25,208 nt of DNA from a virus (lineage: Duplodnaviria > Caudoviricetes), in IMG/VR virus record IMGVR_UViG_3300017747_001595, positions 1 to 25,208 of that record. The stretch is one strand, 5' to 3'. The notes below the pieces were generated by a model. That model ran no database searches. It saw only the letters and a program-made list of their open reading frames with translations, and was not told the origin of the DNA. Numbering within the stretch: position 1 is the first letter of the stretch; every line of letters begins with the position of its first letter. The translations under genes and the position numbers were made by a program. Below, piece after piece: positions 22,863-25,208 of this stretch.

Positions 22863-25208
22863 ATGACAAACATCGACCTATTATCAAGAGTGCAATCAGC
22901 TGACGGCTGGTACGTGATATTGGGTCTGAACAATGGTCGTTATGCCGACCAGCAAATAGTTGCAACAAGAGAAGAGTTTGACGAGCTAACAAACAAGTAC
23001 GTTGCTAACCAGTGGGATGTTTACTTCGGTGTAGCAAAGTATGCGGAGAAGAAACCTAAAGAGTTCCGCAAAAAGGAAAACGTACTCAACATAAAAGCCT
23101 TATGGATTGACTTAGATTGCGGCCCAACTAAAGCCAAGGTCAATGAAAAGACAGGTCGTCCTGATGGCTACATAGACCAACAAACTGCACTTCAAGAGTT
23201 GCAAAGATTCTGCAAAACGATTGGTTTACCAAGACCTTTAATCGTTAGTTCAGGCCGAGGAATCCATGTATACTGGCCTTTAACAGCACCACTAGAGCGT
23301 TCTGAATGGGAACCTTTTGCCTCTAGACTTAATGAACTGTGCTTAACTCATGACCTTTATGTAGACAGCAGTGTTTTTGAAGCCGCTCGTGTACTTAGAG
23401 TTCCTGGTACTTACAACTTTAAAGATGTTCCACCTAAGGCAGTAGAGGTTATATCCGATTCTCCTGACTACGATGCGCAGGAGCTTAAGGATATTCTGGG
23501 TGTTAAAGAAGTTGTAGTGCAACCCAAGCGGGAACTTTCTGAATTACAAAAAGCTATGATGGCTAACACCGTATCTCGGTTTAGCAAGATTATGGTTCGC
23601 AGTGCCAACGGTGATGGGTGTGCTCAACTGTTGTATCAATACAACAATCAGGAGTCCGTATCAGAACCTATGTGGTTTAACGCTCTTTCGGTTGCACAAC
23701 ATTGTGTAGATAGAGACACTGCAATCCATAAAATATCGGAAAAGTATGAAGGCTATGATTACGATGATACTGAGAAGAAAGCACTCCACACACAGTTCCC
23801 TCAAACATGCGCTACGTTTGAGAAGAACAATCCAGGTGGATGCGAAGGTTGTCCTTGGAAGGGGCGTATCAAGTCACCAATTGTGTTGGGCAAAGAGGTT
23901 GTTAGGGCTGAGGAAGATGAGGACTTTATTATCGAAGAAGCACCTGACGTACAAGCTGAAGATAATGAGGAAGAGGCTGAAACAGTAACCTACACAGTGC
24001 CTAAGTTCCCGCACCCATATTTCCGTGGGAAGAACGGTGGCATCTACGTAGTACCCCCAGGCGGTGAAGACGAATCAGAACCTGTTTGCGTGTACGAACA
24101 CGACCTGTATGTTGTAAAGCGTATGCGTGACCCAGACCCTGCAATCGGGGAAACGGTATTAATGAGATTGCATCTACCTCAAGATGGTGTGCGGGACTTC
24201 GTCATACCGCTTGCTGATGTGGGCTCAAAAGATAAACTACGTGAAACACTAGCAGCTAACGGCGTAGCTGGATACAAGAAGCAGACAGAGTTATTGGGTA
24301 ACTTTGTTATGGCGTTTATTAAAGAGATGCAATATAAGAAGAAGGCGGAAGTTATGAGAAAACAATTTGGTTGGGCTGATAAGAACAGCAAGTTCATCCT
24401 AGGAGACCGTGAGATTAGCGTGGATGGTGTGTTTCATAGCCCACCATCACATGCAACAAAGCAGATTGCCGACTACATCGTGCCTATGGGTAGCATGGAT
24501 AAGTGGAAGGAAGTGTTCAACTTGTACGGTCAGCCAGGGCTAGAACCGCACGCATTTGCTGCTTTGACGGCATTCGGTGCCCCGCTACTTATGCTTACAG
24601 GTCATAAAGGTGCAATCATTAACGTGATTCACAAAGACTCAGGCACAGGCAAATCCACAGCGTTGTATATGTGCAACAGTGTGTATGGACACCCTGACAA
24701 GCTAACGGCTATTTGGAAAGACACACATGCAGCCAAGATGATTCGCTTGGGATTGATGAATAACCTACCGTTCACTATTGATGAGATTACCAACCTAAAG
24801 CCCGAAGAGTTCTCAAACCTAGCCTACAGTATGTCTCAAGGGCGTGGTGCAGACCGCTCTAAGTCTCAGACCAACGAACTACGTGTAAACGACCAAACTT
24901 GGCAAACCATATCACTATGCAGTTCTAACGCTAGCTTCTACGAGAAACTTGGTGTGCATAAGAGTACCCCAGACGGCGAGATGATGCGTCTATTAGAGTA
25001 CAAGATTGAGTCGAACAACATTATCCCGCCAGCAGTAGCTAAGCAGATGTTTGACTACCAGCTTAAGGAAAACTATGGTCATGCAGGTGAGATATACATC
25101 CGCTATATACTGAACAACCTTGAAGAAGTTAAGAGCAGTTTGATTGCCATCCAGCAGAAGATTGACGCTGAGATGCACCTCACCAACCGTGAACGATTCT
25201 GGTCAGCA
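22863..25208 (+). CDS. Primase-helicase fusion (RepB-like primase plus DUF927-type P-loop domain), truncated by window edge
   Basis: Manual translation from ATG 22863: ALWIDLDCG, SSGRGIHVYW, ARVLRVPGT, Cys cluster (CATF...CEGCP), FGWA, Walker A DSGTGKST, Walker B FTIDE. Confidence 0.88.
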   Translation, partial: MTNIDLLSRVQSADGWYVILGLNNGRYADQQIVATREEFDELTNKYVANQWDVYFGVAKYAEKKPKEFRKKENVLNIKALWIDLDCGPTKAKVNEKTGRPDGYIDQQTALQELQRFCKTIGLPRPLIVSSGRGIHVYWPLTAPLERSEWEPFASRLNELCLTHDLYVDSSVFEAARVLRVPGTYNFKDVPPKAVEVISDSPDYDAQELKDILGVKEVVVQPKRELSELQKAMMANTVSRFSKIMVRSANGDGCAQLLYQYNNQESVSEPMWFNALSVAQHCVDRDTAIHKISEKYEGYDYDDTEKKALHTQFPQTCATFEKNNPGGCEGCPWKGRIKSPIVLGKEVVRAEEDEDFIIEEAPDVQAEDNEEEAETVTYTVPKFPHPYFRGKNGGIYVVPPGGEDESEPVCVYEHDLYVVKRMRDPDPAIGETVLMRLHLPQDGVRDFVIPLADVGSKDKLRETLAANGVAGYKKQTELLGNFVMAFIKEMQYKKKAEVMRKQFGWADKNSKFILGDREISVDGVFHSPPSHATKQIADYIVPMGSMDKWKEVFNLYGQPGLEPHAFAALTAFGAPLLMLTGHKGAIINVIHKDSGTGKSTALYMCNSVYGHPDKLTAIWKDTHAAKMIRLGLMNNLPFTIDEITNLKPEEFSNLAYSMSQGRGADRSKSQTNELRVNDQTWQTISLCSSNASFYEKLGVHKSTPDGEMMRLLEYKIESNNIIPPAVAKQMFDYQLKENYGHAGEIYIRYILNNLEEVKSSLIAIQQKIDAEMHLTNRERFWSA

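Noticed and set aside
2167-25178. Numerous short minus-strand and out-of-frame track ORFs within the + strand block
   Set aside because: They overlap well-supported + strand genes and show no recognisable motifs.
1-25208. tRNA, rRNA, integrase/att site, intein, intron or alternative genetic code
   Set aside because: No cloverleaf or rRNA-like sequence was seen. Polymerase, helicase and terminase motifs are contiguous, and long genes read through with the standard code.

Overview
Part of a tailed dsDNA bacteriophage genome. Left end (- strand): terminase large subunit (runs off the window, missing from the ORF track) and a probable small subunit. A G/C-tract and tandem-repeat spacer (about 1330-1800) separates these from a long, all + strand block. 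That block has an 'early' region (about 1.8-12.9 kb) with sigma70-type promoters, a duplicated gene pair, many small ORFs, a MoxR-like AAA+ ATPase, a HEXXH/vWA protein and two small DNA-binding proteins. It then has a replication region: VRR-NUC nuclease, family A DNA polymerase, glycosyltransferase, FkbM methyltransferase, PD-(D/E)XK exonuclease, HNH, SNF2 helicase, putative SSB, HTH and a primase-helicase that runs off the right edge. The strongest unexplained signal is an 11-bp palindrome, TAACAWTGTTA, found in 22 exact copies between 1801 and 12854 and in none elsewhere. The copies lie in spacers, upstream of every early promoter and inside genes in different reading frames. A second operator-like palindrome (TTGAC-WWW-GTC) sits on three -35 boxes. 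GATC appears absent throughout, and GGCC is absent from 1651-18020 only. All motif counts and protein family calls were made by eye, without searches.
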